Made by a program: the position numbers and the translations under genes | The notes under the pieces: generated by a model | The model's database searches: none | What the model was told of the DNA's origin: nothing | What the model saw: the letters and a program-made list of their open reading frames with translations, nothing else | Shown: positions 7,580-17,502 of the stretch, one piece after another | How the letters are laid out: each line of letters begins with the position of its first letter | How positions within the stretch are numbered: the first letter of the stretch is position 1 | NCBI GenBank assembly: GCA_043803405.1 | Contig: JAZDKB010000010.1 | Span: 1 to 64,000, forward strand | DNA: 64,000 nucleotides | Direction of reading: 5' to 3' | Source: Spirochaetota bacterium | GTDB lineage: Bacteria > Spirochaetota > UBA4802 > JAFGDQ01

Positions 7580-8845
7580 CTATAACAACATATAAATAAA
7601 TTCACACTGGGAAATATCCTTATTATGCCATTTTTCAAAGAAAGATTTTTGAAGAAGAACTGACTCACCTTTATTAAGCTTATGCTCCTCTCCCTCAACT
7701 GTTAAATATAAAGAGCCATCTGTGATATATAAAAATTCATTTCCCTTGTGCAGCATTATGGGCCCCTCAACCATCTTATCTTCTTTAATGATAATAGAAT
7801 ATATTTTTATTGAAATATCATCATTATCAATCAATTCCGATACAATACAATTTTTATCCAGATTAAGCTGCTTACGTTTATAAATTTTAAAATTAATATT
7901 TTTATCAGCTGTATTTACATTTTCAACGAAATATTCCGGTGTTTTTCCAAAAATTGCGGATAATTGCACCAGCGTATTAAGAGAAGGAGATATTATTGAA
8001 TTTTCAATCTGCGAGACTGCTCCGGGAGTCAGCCCCAGAAGGGAAGCAAGTTCTGCCTGGGTTTTATTATTTTTTTTTCTTAAAATTTTAACCTTATCCC
8101 CGATTTTAAAAAAGTTGTCCGGTTTTTTACTTTGAAACTGGATATCGTGATTTGAAAATTTAAATTTATGCGGGGATGTGCTGAAAAAGCCGGATCTTCC
8201 TTCAAGTTTTTGAATTGAGAATTCAAAAAAATCTTCAGGTGTATTATACAATGAAAAGACGATTTGGGTTACATGTGAAACACCTGCGATAAATTCTTTT
8301 GAATGAGCGTTTTTCTCATAAATCCAGTATGCAAGGGTGTTAAGGTCGTAGAGCTTAGGGCATGTATAGGTAAAAAAATCAAGCACATTGCTTTCATTTT
8401 TCCAAAGTTCTGTCATGCCGGTAAGACTATCAAAGATATAAAAACTTCCTTCTTTATTATTTTCTTCGATTGTCTTAAGATTCTCAATAAATAACGAAAT
8501 ATCTTTTGGATTTTCCAATAAAATAAAATCTGAATTATTATGTTGTTTTTTTCCATTATAGAAATCCAGGAATACCTTATCGCTGTTTCCTTTCCCATTG
8601 GTAAATGCGTCTATGAGTATAACATGCTGTTTTTCAAACAATTCCGCATATTTTTTACAGATTGTATTGGGCGAGAAATTAAAATTTATATAAATTACAT
8701 TCTGGTTAAAGTTGTTCTTTTTGTTAAAAAAATTTTTTATAAAATTATCTATTGATATACCGTCGGATATTTGCCAAACTACATTATCTCCGAGTTTTAA
8801 GCCACCTGTGATTTTGTCCAGATATGTTATGCCTGTGCTTATCAT
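7580..8845 (-). CDS. Regulator: degenerate RecA/KaiC-like domain + XRE HTH + cupin
   Basis: STGITYLDKITGGL and IFDSLT but no Walker A GKT; TQAELASLLGLTPGAVSQIEN HTH; HKGNEFLYITDG cupin. Confidence 0.8.
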   Translation of the reverse strand: MISTGITYLDKITGGLKLGDNVVWQISDGISIDNFIKNFFNKKNNFNQNVIYINFNFSPNTICKKYAELFEKQHVILIDAFTNGKGNSDKVFLDFYNGKKQHNNSDFILLENPKDISLFIENLKTIEENNKEGSFYIFDSLTGMTELWKNESNVLDFFTYTCPKLYDLNTLAYWIYEKNAHSKEFIAGVSHVTQIVFSLYNTPEDFFEFSIQKLEGRSGFFSTSPHKFKFSNHDIQFQSKKPDNFFKIGDKVKILRKKNNKTQAELASLLGLTPGAVSQIENSIISPSLNTLVQLSAIFGKTPEYFVENVNTADKNINFKIYKRKQLNLDKNCIVSELIDNDDISIKIYSIIIKEDKMVEGPIMLHKGNEFLYITDGSLYLTVEGEEHKLNKGESVLLQKSFFEKWHNKDISQCEFIYMLL

Positions 8846-8876
8846 AATTATACTCCCGTGGCCATTCTACTTGCTT

Positions 8877-9866
8877 TTAAATGAATAATTCATTATAGCG
8901 GATCATTTTATTAAAATCATGCAATGATTTCAACGCAGTATTTTCCGTTGGAATGCCCATCTCTTCAACTGCCGCAATCGGATTCAATCCTCCCGCGACT
9001 ATCATCCCTACTCTGCCTTCCGAAACAGGAATACCCAGCAGTGATTGTCCCGGCTTCCCTATCATTAAAATACCGTCTAACCCGATTTCACTCATTCTTT
9101 TTTTTATTTTTAAAGCTTTGTTCAGTGCTATTGACGGAAATTCCCGAAAGCCGGCGCCTATCCTCCCGTTGCCTGTGTTTACAACATCTCTGACGCTTGT
9201 CATGCGACCTTTTATAAATATTTCTAAAGGATCAATGGATGTACCATCATAATTTATAATATCAATAAATCGAAGGGGCTCTCCTTTTGAAATTTCCAGG
9301 ACACCACCAAATCTTGATGTTGTATAAATACCTTTGTTAAAAAATATTCCGTTTATCGTAACGCTGCAAACAGTCCCAATAGTTACTTTCCCGGGACTGG
9401 ATTTTAAATCAAGCGGAGTATTTTCTTCATAATTTACCGTCACATATTTTCCCATCCCCAGGCCTTTATCAAAGACGGACTTAATCTCGGAATAAGCTTC
9501 TTTAAAATTTTCTAACGGTAAAGTTGTATGGTTTAGTATAATTCTTCCGCTTAATTTTTGAATGGAAAAATTCATTTGATATGTAAGTGTATCAATTTTT
9601 GAAGCTATAAAGCCTACCTTTTCAAAAGTAAATGCCGAGTTTAATTCATTAATCCCTTTTTCGGTTACAATGCGTCCTTTTTTTCCAAGGTTCTTTGTTA
9701 AGCCATCCTGATCCATTTTTTGAAGATAATAACGTATTGTGCGTTCGCTTAGATCATGGCCCAATTCCTGCAATTTAAGAGAAATTAACGAACTGCCAAC
9801 AGGCTGACTATGATCATTCAGTATCTGGAGAATTGAGACGATTTTTCTTTCTGAAATTTTGCTCAT
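8877..9866 (-). CDS. nrpR: NrpR-family nitrogen repressor (wHTH + single NRD/DUF128 domain)
   Basis: SERTIRYYLQKMD wHTH; TVCSVTINGI, GTSIDPLEIF and GGLNPIAA motifs. Confidence 0.85.
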   Translation of the reverse strand: MSKISERKIVSILQILNDHSQPVGSSLISLKLQELGHDLSERTIRYYLQKMDQDGLTKNLGKKGRIVTEKGINELNSAFTFEKVGFIASKIDTLTYQMNFSIQKLSGRIILNHTTLPLENFKEAYSEIKSVFDKGLGMGKYVTVNYEENTPLDLKSSPGKVTIGTVCSVTINGIFFNKGIYTTSRFGGVLEISKGEPLRFIDIINYDGTSIDPLEIFIKGRMTSVRDVVNTGNGRIGAGFREFPSIALNKALKIKKRMSEIGLDGILMIGKPGQSLLGIPVSEGRVGMIVAGGLNPIAAVEEMGIPTENTALKSLHDFNKMIRYNELFI

Positions 9867-9963
9867 TGTCTTTGGAATTATTTTTAATAATCTTATAATT
9901 TATAATATTGAAATGAAAAACAAGACTAAAAATACTGATAAGCTTAGCTTGTCAACTATTTTA

Positions 9964-10126
9964 ACGGCAATTTTTGCCGTATAAAAATAGAAATTTGATA
10001 TCAATTGTGTCAATCATGTAAATAATCATCAATAAAATCTCATTTTTTATCACTTTTTATGTATTTTATTGAAAAATTTTACTTGCTTAAATCTATTAAC
10101 GAAATATTAATGGCAACCACTTGCCA
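9964..10126. promoter_or_regulatory. Two GGCAA...TTGCC palindromes in the nrpR/mvhD divergent region (candidate NrpR operators)
   Basis: ACGGCAA-TTT-TTGCCGT (9964-9980) and TGGCAA-CCAC-TTGCCA (10111-10126). Confidence 0.5.
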
Positions 10127-10175
10127 AAAGGCTCAATGCTTTATTTTACTATATCGTTTTGGCAATAACAAAGGA

Positions 10176-10598
10176 ATGAATAATAAACAATTAAAAATAT
10201 ATATATTTTGTTGTTCTAACAGCTTTAACATTGAAGAAATTGAATATTCTTTGTCAATGCAGAATAAAAATTGCTTTAAAATTATAGGTTTGCCGTGTTC
10301 GGGGAAGGTTGACCTGCTGTATCTTATCAAGGCTTTTGAAACAGGCGCGGATGGAACAATCCTTTTAACCTGCAAAGAAGGCGAGTGCAGTTATCTTGCC
10401 GGAAATTTCAGGGCAAAAAAACGCGCTGATGCAGTTGACGAATTTCTTGAAGAAATAGGTATGGGAAAAGGTAGGATGCAGGTTATTCAACTTAGGGAAG
10501 GACATAAAGAAGAGATATTCCGTGAAATTGAATATTTTGCCAATAACTTAAAAAGCCAATCCTGCACTAATATTGATTCTGCTTTAAAGCAATCCTAA
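10176..10598 (+). CDS. mvhD: MvhD/FlpD-family [2Fe-2S] protein (copy 1)
   Basis: FCC, PCSGKVD, AFETGADG, CKEGEC..GN; homology begins at Met40 of the ORF (10176). Confidence 0.8.
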   Translation: MNNKQLKIYIFCCSNSFNIEEIEYSLSMQNKNCFKIIGLPCSGKVDLLYLIKAFETGADGTILLTCKEGECSYLAGNFRAKKRADAVDEFLEEIGMGKGRMQVIQLREGHKEEIFREIEYFANNLKSQSCTNIDSALKQS

Positions 10599-10635
10599 AA
10601 GATGTATCAAGCTGGCATATCCAGGAGATCATAAT

Positions 10636-11538
10636 ATGAGTAATGAGAGTAAATTCGCAAACGCTATAAAAAGCGGCGAATTCATAATTACAGCGGAATA
10701 CCTTCCGGAAGCTGTTGCTGCTGATTTAGAAATTAAAACAGCAGCAAGCTTTTTTAAAGGAGTAACCGCAGTTAATGTAAGCGATAATCCGTTCGGCGTT
10801 GTGATGTCGAGCCTTGCCGCATCTGTTGCATTATCCAAATCCGGCATTGAACCTGTATACCAGATCGTGACACGCGACAGGAACCGCATAGCGCTGCAGT
10901 CCGACCTTCTCGGCGCTGCATCTCTCGGGATAAAAAACGTATTATGCATTTCCGGTTATCACCAGACCCTGGGTGTCAGCCCGGAATCGGCTAACGTTTA
11001 CGATCTTGACTCGATTCAGCTTATTGCCGGTATTGAGAAGATGAAGAAAGGCGAACTTTTAAACGGGACAAAAATTAAAGGGACATTCTCAATGCTTGTT
11101 GGCGCGGCTGCAAATCCCTATATGAAACCGCTTGTATTAAATATTATACGTCTTGTTAAAAAAGTGGAAGCAGGCGCGGCATTCATACAAACCAATGCCG
11201 TATTTGATATAGAAGGGTTCAACCAGTGGCTTGATGCGGCGCGTAATGAAGGAATTACTGAGAAGACAGCTATCCTTGCAGGCGTGCTTCCTCTCGATAG
11301 CGCAAAAGAAGCTGAAGAATTAAAAAACAAATATACGGAAATTGTTATACCAGATGCCGTGATCGACAGGTTAAAATCTGCCGGTAACGAAGATGCCCAG
11401 AAGAAAGAAGGGCTGGCAATCTGCTCTGAAGTTATAAAAAGAATAAAAGGTACCAAAGGGGTTAAAGGAATTCATATTCATTCGGGCGGCAAAGAGAAGA
11501 TTATTGCAGGCCTTCTTTCTGCTGCGGGATTAAATTAG
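10636..11538 (+). CDS. metF: Methylenetetrahydrofolate reductase-like flavoprotein (MetF family, divergent active site)
   Basis: ITAE, VSDNP, TRDRNRIALQSDLLGA, KKVEAGA, GIH; SGYH and QTN replace the usual GD and TQ. Confidence 0.8.
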   Translation: MSNESKFANAIKSGEFIITAEYLPEAVAADLEIKTAASFFKGVTAVNVSDNPFGVVMSSLAASVALSKSGIEPVYQIVTRDRNRIALQSDLLGAASLGIKNVLCISGYHQTLGVSPESANVYDLDSIQLIAGIEKMKKGELLNGTKIKGTFSMLVGAAANPYMKPLVLNIIRLVKKVEAGAAFIQTNAVFDIEGFNQWLDAARNEGITEKTAILAGVLPLDSAKEAEELKNKYTEIVIPDAVIDRLKSAGNEDAQKKEGLAICSEVIKRIKGTKGVKGIHIHSGGKEKIIAGLLSAAGLN

Positions 11539-11604
11539 AGTCGAAGGACATTAAGATAGTCTTCCGACCGTATGATCATAAGTCAAAAAGTATTTAAAAG
11601 TTTT

Positions 11605-11695
11605 GCCACGGAGTCACGGAGGCTCAGAGTTTTTATTTAGTTTTTAACTTAAAAATAATTATTTTAATATCTCTGTGTCTCTGTGTTTTTGTGGC
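11605..11695. repeat. REP-like imperfect inverted repeat built from 8-mer units
   Basis: GCCACGGAG-TCACGGAG-GCTCAGAG ... CTCTGTGT-CTCTGTGT-TTTTGTGGC flanking an AT-rich loop. Confidence 0.6.
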
Positions 11696-11760
11696 GTATT
11701 TAATAAGGATTTATCGGGTCATAACATTAGTTACTAATAAAGAATAATATTAAAAAACAA

Positions 11761-13164
11761 ATGCCTAAAAAATATCACATAGAAACAAAGCCCATACTTC
11801 CGAGACGGCCGCGCGTCGGCCAGTTCGGAATTGTCGACTGGCGGGAAGATTGCGCCAGATGTCATAATTGTGTAAAAAAATTATGTATTTACGATCGTCA
11901 TAGACAGGAAGCTGAATATATTCGCAAGCTTGATAATGTCGATACGCTTTTTTTTGAATGCATGGGCTGTTTTTTTTGCGTGCAGGAATGCACTAAAAAT
12001 CTTCTGCGCTTATCCGTAAACCCGATGCATGAAAGACTGGGAAACAGGTACTGGACGCCGAATATTATCCGGACAACATGGCTGCAGGCAGAGACCGCAA
12101 AAATTCCGGTTTCGGGCGCTGGTTACCGCGGTAAATTTACAGGCCCCGGCTTTGACTCAATGTGGACGGATATGTCAGAGATCGTGCGTCCGACCCGCGA
12201 CGGTATACACGGCCGAGAATACATCAGCACGGCAACAGATATCGGAAGAAAGCTGATGTTCCTCTCCATTGACGGAGAGAAAGCTTCTACTGTTATGCCG
12301 CCTCTCGCGATTGTGCAGATGCCGATGATTATTGACATGATGCCGGAAGAATATAGTCTGCCTGTATTAGAAGAAATTATTATAACAGCGGCAGCCAGGA
12401 CAGATTTAATCGCAATAATAGATTCATCAAAATGGCCTTTAAATATTAAAAATATGGAAAAGGTTCTGCCATATTTGGCTTTTTATTTAAATCCTGCCGC
12501 GCCTCCTGTCCCTGCTGAAATATTGAAAAACACAAGACTTGTGGAAATTCCTGATTCTGAAAATATAAAAGTTCAGATAAAAAATATAAAAGATATTTGT
12601 CCGGATATAGTTATTTCAATACGGGTAAAATTAGACTCAAACGGGATTAAACGCGCTATTGAGCTTGGGACGCAGGATAATATTGAAGCAATTCATATAG
12701 TTGCAGATTTAAATGGCGATCAAATCGGCACAAAGAATCCTATTTTCCTGAAAGATATGATACGCGATATACACACAAAGCTGATAGACAGCGGGAAGAG
12801 AGACCAATTGACGCTGATTGCGAGCGGAGGCATAGCTTTACCGGAACACATGGCTAAAGCAATTATATGCGGGGCCGATCTTGTAGCAATTGAACTCCCG
12901 CTTCTGATAGCTCTTGAATGTCATCTATGCAGCAAATGCGAACGGGGTTCTTTTTGCCCGGTTAAGCTGGAAGATGTCGATTCCGATTACGCTGCAGGAA
13001 GAATGGTAAATCTGATAAGCGCATGGCATGACCAGCTGATAGAACTTATGGGTGCAATGGGAATTCGCGATGCGAGGCGCTTGCGTGGAGATGTCGGCCG
13101 CTGTATGTTTTTTGAACAACTTGAGGAGGAATCATTTGGCAGAATTTTTGGAACAAGGCTTTAA
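11761..13164 (+). CDS. Glutamate synthase-related FMN-domain protein with N-terminal ferredoxin (degenerate paralogue)
   Basis: CARCHNC, CMGCFFCVQEC, LIASGGI..KAIICGAD, CHLCSKC..CP; lacks the MSFG, GEGG and QGAKPG motifs. Confidence 0.8.
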   Translation: MPKKYHIETKPILPRRPRVGQFGIVDWREDCARCHNCVKKLCIYDRHRQEAEYIRKLDNVDTLFFECMGCFFCVQECTKNLLRLSVNPMHERLGNRYWTPNIIRTTWLQAETAKIPVSGAGYRGKFTGPGFDSMWTDMSEIVRPTRDGIHGREYISTATDIGRKLMFLSIDGEKASTVMPPLAIVQMPMIIDMMPEEYSLPVLEEIIITAAARTDLIAIIDSSKWPLNIKNMEKVLPYLAFYLNPAAPPVPAEILKNTRLVEIPDSENIKVQIKNIKDICPDIVISIRVKLDSNGIKRAIELGTQDNIEAIHIVADLNGDQIGTKNPIFLKDMIRDIHTKLIDSGKRDQLTLIASGGIALPEHMAKAIICGADLVAIELPLLIALECHLCSKCERGSFCPVKLEDVDSDYAAGRMVNLISAWHDQLIELMGAMGIRDARRLRGDVGRCMFFEQLEEESFGRIFGTRL

Positions 13165-14719
13165 ACTTGAAGACATCCTGCCCGAAAACACGCTGAAAAC
13201 GCGTGTTCCGCAGACAATAGTTGAGCGTAAAGTGAATCCGGCTCCTTCGCGATACAGGAATGAGATAGCTAGATATTTAATTATGCGGGATGATAATCTA
13301 TGCATAAGATGCGGTAAATGCGCGGAAATTTGTCCCAAAGGCGTTCATGTTTTAAAAAAGGGCTATAAATATTTTGCTGAACCTGAAAGCCATTTATGTA
13401 TTGGCCCTATTTGCGAAAAAAAATATAAAGATAAATACTGTATAGCCGCGTGTCCGAAAGCCGCACTGCGTATTGCTGAAAATCCTATGATGAAATTACT
13501 AGGCGATCCACGCTGGTCTGCAAATATTATACTTGCCACATGGAAGATGGCCGAAACAGGCGAAGTGCCTTCGGAAGATTATGAATATGAATACGGAAAC
13601 TCCGGCGGAGGTTTTGACCGTCTTAGATTTAAGTTCCCGGAAAGACCTCCTGTTGAGATTAAAAAAGAAGAAGTGGATACCGGCATTGAACTCAATCGCC
13701 GTAATGACAGCCGTGTAAAAATTAAGATAGATGTTCCATGGTACGGCGGCGGCATGTCGTTCGGATCGGTCAGCAATACAGTGCAGCTCTCGAAGGCACG
13801 GGCGGCTGTCGCATGGAATACGCTTACCTGCACGGGCGAGGGCGGGTATATGGAACGTATGCGGCCGTATGATGATCACGTTATTACCCAGGTAGCCACA
13901 GGTTTATTCGGTGTGCGCGAAGAAACCATTCAACGGGTTCCAGTTATTGAATTTAAATATGCACAAGGGGCAAAACCCGGCCTTGGCGGTCACCTTCTGG
14001 GTGATAAAAACACTCCTGCTGTTGCCAAAATGCGAGAGACCGTGCTCGGAATATCGCTTTTTTCTCCTTTCCCGTTTCACAGCGTTTATTCGATTGAAGA
14101 CCACATGAAACACATAGACTGGATTAAGCACATTAACAGGCGCGCGTTAATATCCACAAAGGTTTCGACTCCGAACGATGTAGATATGGTCGCAGTAGGC
14201 AGTTATTTCGCAGGCACTCATATTGTGCACATTGACGGCGGTTACGGCGGTACCGGCGCGGCCCCGGACATAGCAAAAAAAAATATAGCGATGCCGATTG
14301 AATACGCTATTCCCAAGGTGCACAGATTTCTCGAAGCGGAAGGAGCAAGGGATACTATTACTTTAATCGCAAGCGGCGGATTAAGAAATATATATGATAT
14401 AGCAAAAGCAATCGCCCTTGGCGCTGACGGCGTTGTAATCGGAACATCCGAACTTGTAGCACTCGGGTGTGTAAGATGCGGACGATGCGAAAGCGGCAGG
14501 GGATGCCCCCGCAGCATAGCCACCACAGACAAGGTGCTTGCGCCCATGATCGATCTTGAATGGGGAACTCAAAGATTAATAAATTTATACAATGCATGGC
14601 GGGAAGATCTCGTAAAAATTCTTCAGCGGTTCGGGATGAGAAGCATAAGTGAATTGCGTGGACGCACAGATCTGCTGATGCATCTCGATTACACAAATGA
14701 TGTGGAGCATAAAGCGTGA
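13136..14719 (+). CDS. Glutamate synthase FMN subunit (archaeal GltB2-like) with 4Fe-4S domain
   Basis: CIRCGKCAEICP, GGMSFG, TGEGG, QVATG, AQGAKPGLGGHL, DGGYGGTGAA, CVRCGRC..CP; TTG start 6 nt after AGGAGG. Confidence 0.85.
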   Translation: MAEFLEQGFKLEDILPENTLKTRVPQTIVERKVNPAPSRYRNEIARYLIMRDDNLCIRCGKCAEICPKGVHVLKKGYKYFAEPESHLCIGPICEKKYKDKYCIAACPKAALRIAENPMMKLLGDPRWSANIILATWKMAETGEVPSEDYEYEYGNSGGGFDRLRFKFPERPPVEIKKEEVDTGIELNRRNDSRVKIKIDVPWYGGGMSFGSVSNTVQLSKARAAVAWNTLTCTGEGGYMERMRPYDDHVITQVATGLFGVREETIQRVPVIEFKYAQGAKPGLGGHLLGDKNTPAVAKMRETVLGISLFSPFPFHSVYSIEDHMKHIDWIKHINRRALISTKVSTPNDVDMVAVGSYFAGTHIVHIDGGYGGTGAAPDIAKKNIAMPIEYAIPKVHRFLEAEGARDTITLIASGGLRNIYDIAKAIALGADGVVIGTSELVALGCVRCGRCESGRGCPRSIATTDKVLAPMIDLEWGTQRLINLYNAWREDLVKILQRFGMRSISELRGRTDLLMHLDYTNDVEHKA

Positions 14720-17379
14720 AAAGCAATTATATACAGCATATACTGAATTCCAGAAGGTCATTGGCAGACGGGTCCGATTTTTCTATTACAATGAGAAAGA
14801 AGGAAGAAGAAGGCGGATGCGGCGTTGTAGGCTTTTGCTGCTCCGAACCTGTTCGGGGTAAGCATATATACGAGCCTTCAAAACAAATGCACAACAGGGG
14901 AAACGGAAAGGGTGGCGGAATTGCAGCTGTCGGATTTCTGCCGGAAGAACTGGGCGTAAGCCGAGAAGTGCTGGATGAATATTTTATGCTGCATATAGCG
15001 TATCTGGACCCGAAAGTAAGAGAGGATCTTGAGAAAAAATATATTTATCCGTATTTCGAAGTTAAATCATCATCAAAACTGGACAATGTTGACGATTGGA
15101 AGAGCGTACCCGGCCTTGAAGTAAGGCCGCCCGATGTATGGCGTTATTTTGTCCGCGTCAAATCCGATGTCCTGGATTCCTTTTCCAAAAAGAACGGGCT
15201 CGACAAACTTGAACGCCAGGATGTGGAAGATGAATTCATATTCCAGAACAGTTTTAAACTGAACAATGAATATTACGCTTCACTTGGCGAGCAAAAAGCG
15301 TTCGTACTTTCTCACGGAAAAGATTTAATGATCCTTAAAGTTGTCGGATTCGCGGAGGCAATAGTAAAGTATTACAAGATTGAAGATCTTCGCGCTCATG
15401 TATGGATTGCTCATCAGCGGTTCCCGACTAAAGGACGCGTCTGGCATCCGGGCGGAGCACATCCTTTTGCCGGCATCAATATGGCGCTTGTGCATAACGG
15501 CGACTTCGCGAATTATCATTCAGTTTCCGAATATCTTAAACAGAGAAATATTTATCCGCAGTTTTTAACGGACACGGAAGTATCGGCTTTACTGTTCGAC
15601 CTCCTGGACAGGACTTACGGCTATCCGCTTGAATACATTATTGAAGCCCTGGCGCCCACGACAGAACTTGACTTTGACAGGCTCCCGGCCGATAAGCAGG
15701 AGATTTACCGCGCCATACAGGCCAGTCACATTCATGGCTCGCCGGATGGGCCATGGTTTTTTATTATCGCAAGAAATATCCCTCAAAAAAAACAGTTACA
15801 GCTTATGGGTATAACCGATACTGCAATGCTCCGGCCCCAGGTATTCGCCTTTCATGACGGTGAAGTGCAGGTCGGAATTATAGGCTCGGAAAAGCAGGCT
15901 ATTGACGCCACCTTTCACAGTCTTTCAAAAGACGACAAGCGGATTTGCCCGATAGCAGACAGTTATTGGAACGCCCGAGGGGGAAGCCATACGGACGGCG
16001 GTTCGTTTATTTTTAATCTTGAAAAAAATTCAAACGGGAAAATCCGTCTTACATGTACGGATAAATTCGGCAAGATGGTTCCGGTTCCCGGCGGACAAGC
16101 GTATGATTTTACAAATGATAAGTCCGGCTCTTATAAATTGCAGGATGGCATTCAAAAGAGTTTAAAAGAAAATTTTGAACTAGGAGCTGATCATCTATTT
16201 GATTATATTCAAAAAAATATTCCTGACTGGAGTTATGATGATATTAAAGCTGTTTGCGAATTGATGGCCGGCAAAGCTGTGGGTACTGACGGGACAGTAA
16301 CAGCCATCAAAACTTTTACAATGCTTAATGACAGAAGGTATTCCACAGGCAATAAAAAACGCAGTCACATTCTTCATATACTGCGCAGTGAATTACACAA
16401 ACTTTTCGATAATATTCCACTCCTTAATGCAAATGTTTCCGCAAAGAACGCCTTCCGTCTAATAGATTGGGACACCCGTAAGGATCTGAGAACGCCTGTA
16501 CAGGATGAAGAAACACTTGTAATTAATGCAGCAGGTTTCCAGCCTGAAGGAAATGATTGCGATGCTACTTTGCTTCTTGATGCTTATATGAAAGGCTGGA
16601 AACGATTTATCAGTTACGGCTGTACAGGGCAAAGATATATCGGTTGCGGATTAGGTCCGGATACGGACGATGTAACTATTGACGTGTACGACAGTTCCGG
16701 GGATTATCTTGCTTCGGGAATTGACGGGCTGACAATAAACGTCCATAACAACGCGCAGGATCAGCTGGCGCAGATAATAAAGCGCGGGAAACTGGTAGTA
16801 CATGGCGATGTTGGACAGACATTTATGTACGGAGCAAAGGGCGGCGAGGTTTACATAATGGGGAATGCTGCAGGACGCCCGCTTATTAACTCGGTTGGAA
16901 AACCCAAAGTTGTTATAAACGGAACATGCCTTGACTTTCTCGGAGAATCATTCATGGCAGGTGACCCACTGAACGGCGGCGGTTTTGTTATTTTAAACGG
17001 TATTAAGTTTACGGATAAAGGCGAATTTGCCGAGCTGAATGAACCGTATCCCGGAAGCAATATTTTTTCACTTGCCTCGGGCGGCGCTATTTATGTCCGT
17101 GATCCTTATAAAAAAATTATCGACCAGCAACTCAACGGCGGCGTGCTTAAAACGTTAAGAAAAAAAGAGTGGGAGTTAATGCTGCCCTATCTTGAAGAGA
17201 ACGAACGATTATTCAACATAAAGATAAAAGATTTACTCACGGTAAACGGTGAAGTTAAAGATCCGCGAAATGTATATCGTAAGGTCGTGCCTCATGTTAC
17301 CGGCGCACTCGGATCAAAAACATACGAGGATGACGCAGAAGAAGTAATAGAAGAGGAAATTATTTATAAAGCAGGGTAA
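14716..17379 (+). CDS. Ntn glutamine amidotransferase + GXGXG beta-helix fusion (GltB1+GltB3-like)
   Basis: EEEGG-CGVVG nucleophile Cys, HQRFPT, HPF, HNGD, DTE, DGP; C-terminal GQRYIGCG and GDVGQTFMYGAKGG repeats. Confidence 0.85.
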   Translation: MKSNYIQHILNSRRSLADGSDFSITMRKKEEEGGCGVVGFCCSEPVRGKHIYEPSKQMHNRGNGKGGGIAAVGFLPEELGVSREVLDEYFMLHIAYLDPKVREDLEKKYIYPYFEVKSSSKLDNVDDWKSVPGLEVRPPDVWRYFVRVKSDVLDSFSKKNGLDKLERQDVEDEFIFQNSFKLNNEYYASLGEQKAFVLSHGKDLMILKVVGFAEAIVKYYKIEDLRAHVWIAHQRFPTKGRVWHPGGAHPFAGINMALVHNGDFANYHSVSEYLKQRNIYPQFLTDTEVSALLFDLLDRTYGYPLEYIIEALAPTTELDFDRLPADKQEIYRAIQASHIHGSPDGPWFFIIARNIPQKKQLQLMGITDTAMLRPQVFAFHDGEVQVGIIGSEKQAIDATFHSLSKDDKRICPIADSYWNARGGSHTDGGSFIFNLEKNSNGKIRLTCTDKFGKMVPVPGGQAYDFTNDKSGSYKLQDGIQKSLKENFELGADHLFDYIQKNIPDWSYDDIKAVCELMAGKAVGTDGTVTAIKTFTMLNDRRYSTGNKKRSHILHILRSELHKLFDNIPLLNANVSAKNAFRLIDWDTRKDLRTPVQDEETLVINAAGFQPEGNDCDATLLLDAYMKGWKRFISYGCTGQRYIGCGLGPDTDDVTIDVYDSSGDYLASGIDGLTINVHNNAQDQLAQIIKRGKLVVHGDVGQTFMYGAKGGEVYIMGNAAGRPLINSVGKPKVVINGTCLDFLGESFMAGDPLNGGGFVILNGIKFTDKGEFAELNEPYPGSNIFSLASGGAIYVRDPYKKIIDQQLNGGVLKTLRKKEWELMLPYLEENERLFNIKIKDLLTVNGEVKDPRNVYRKVVPHVTGALGSKTYEDDAEEVIEEEIIYKAG

Positions 17380-17380
17380 A

Positions 17381-17502
17381 TCCCCCTTCCCCCCTTTAAA
17401 AAGAAAAGGGGGGAAAAATAAAAATTAACACCGCGCGGAGCTTCCCCTTCAAACCCTTAATAAATGGGGTGGCTAACAAAGCGAGCCGGGGGACTCTGCT
17501 GC
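17381..17502 (+). repeat. Intergenic hairpins (C-run/G-run REP-like stem plus branched stem)
   Basis: TTCCCCCCTTT / AAAGGGGGGAA stem (17387-17415), then GCGGAGcTTCCCC ... GGGGACTCTGC enclosing two small stems. Confidence 0.5.

Noticed and set aside
10059..10175. N-terminal extension of the first mvhD ORF
   Set aside because: AT-rich promoter/operator region; homology starts at 10176.
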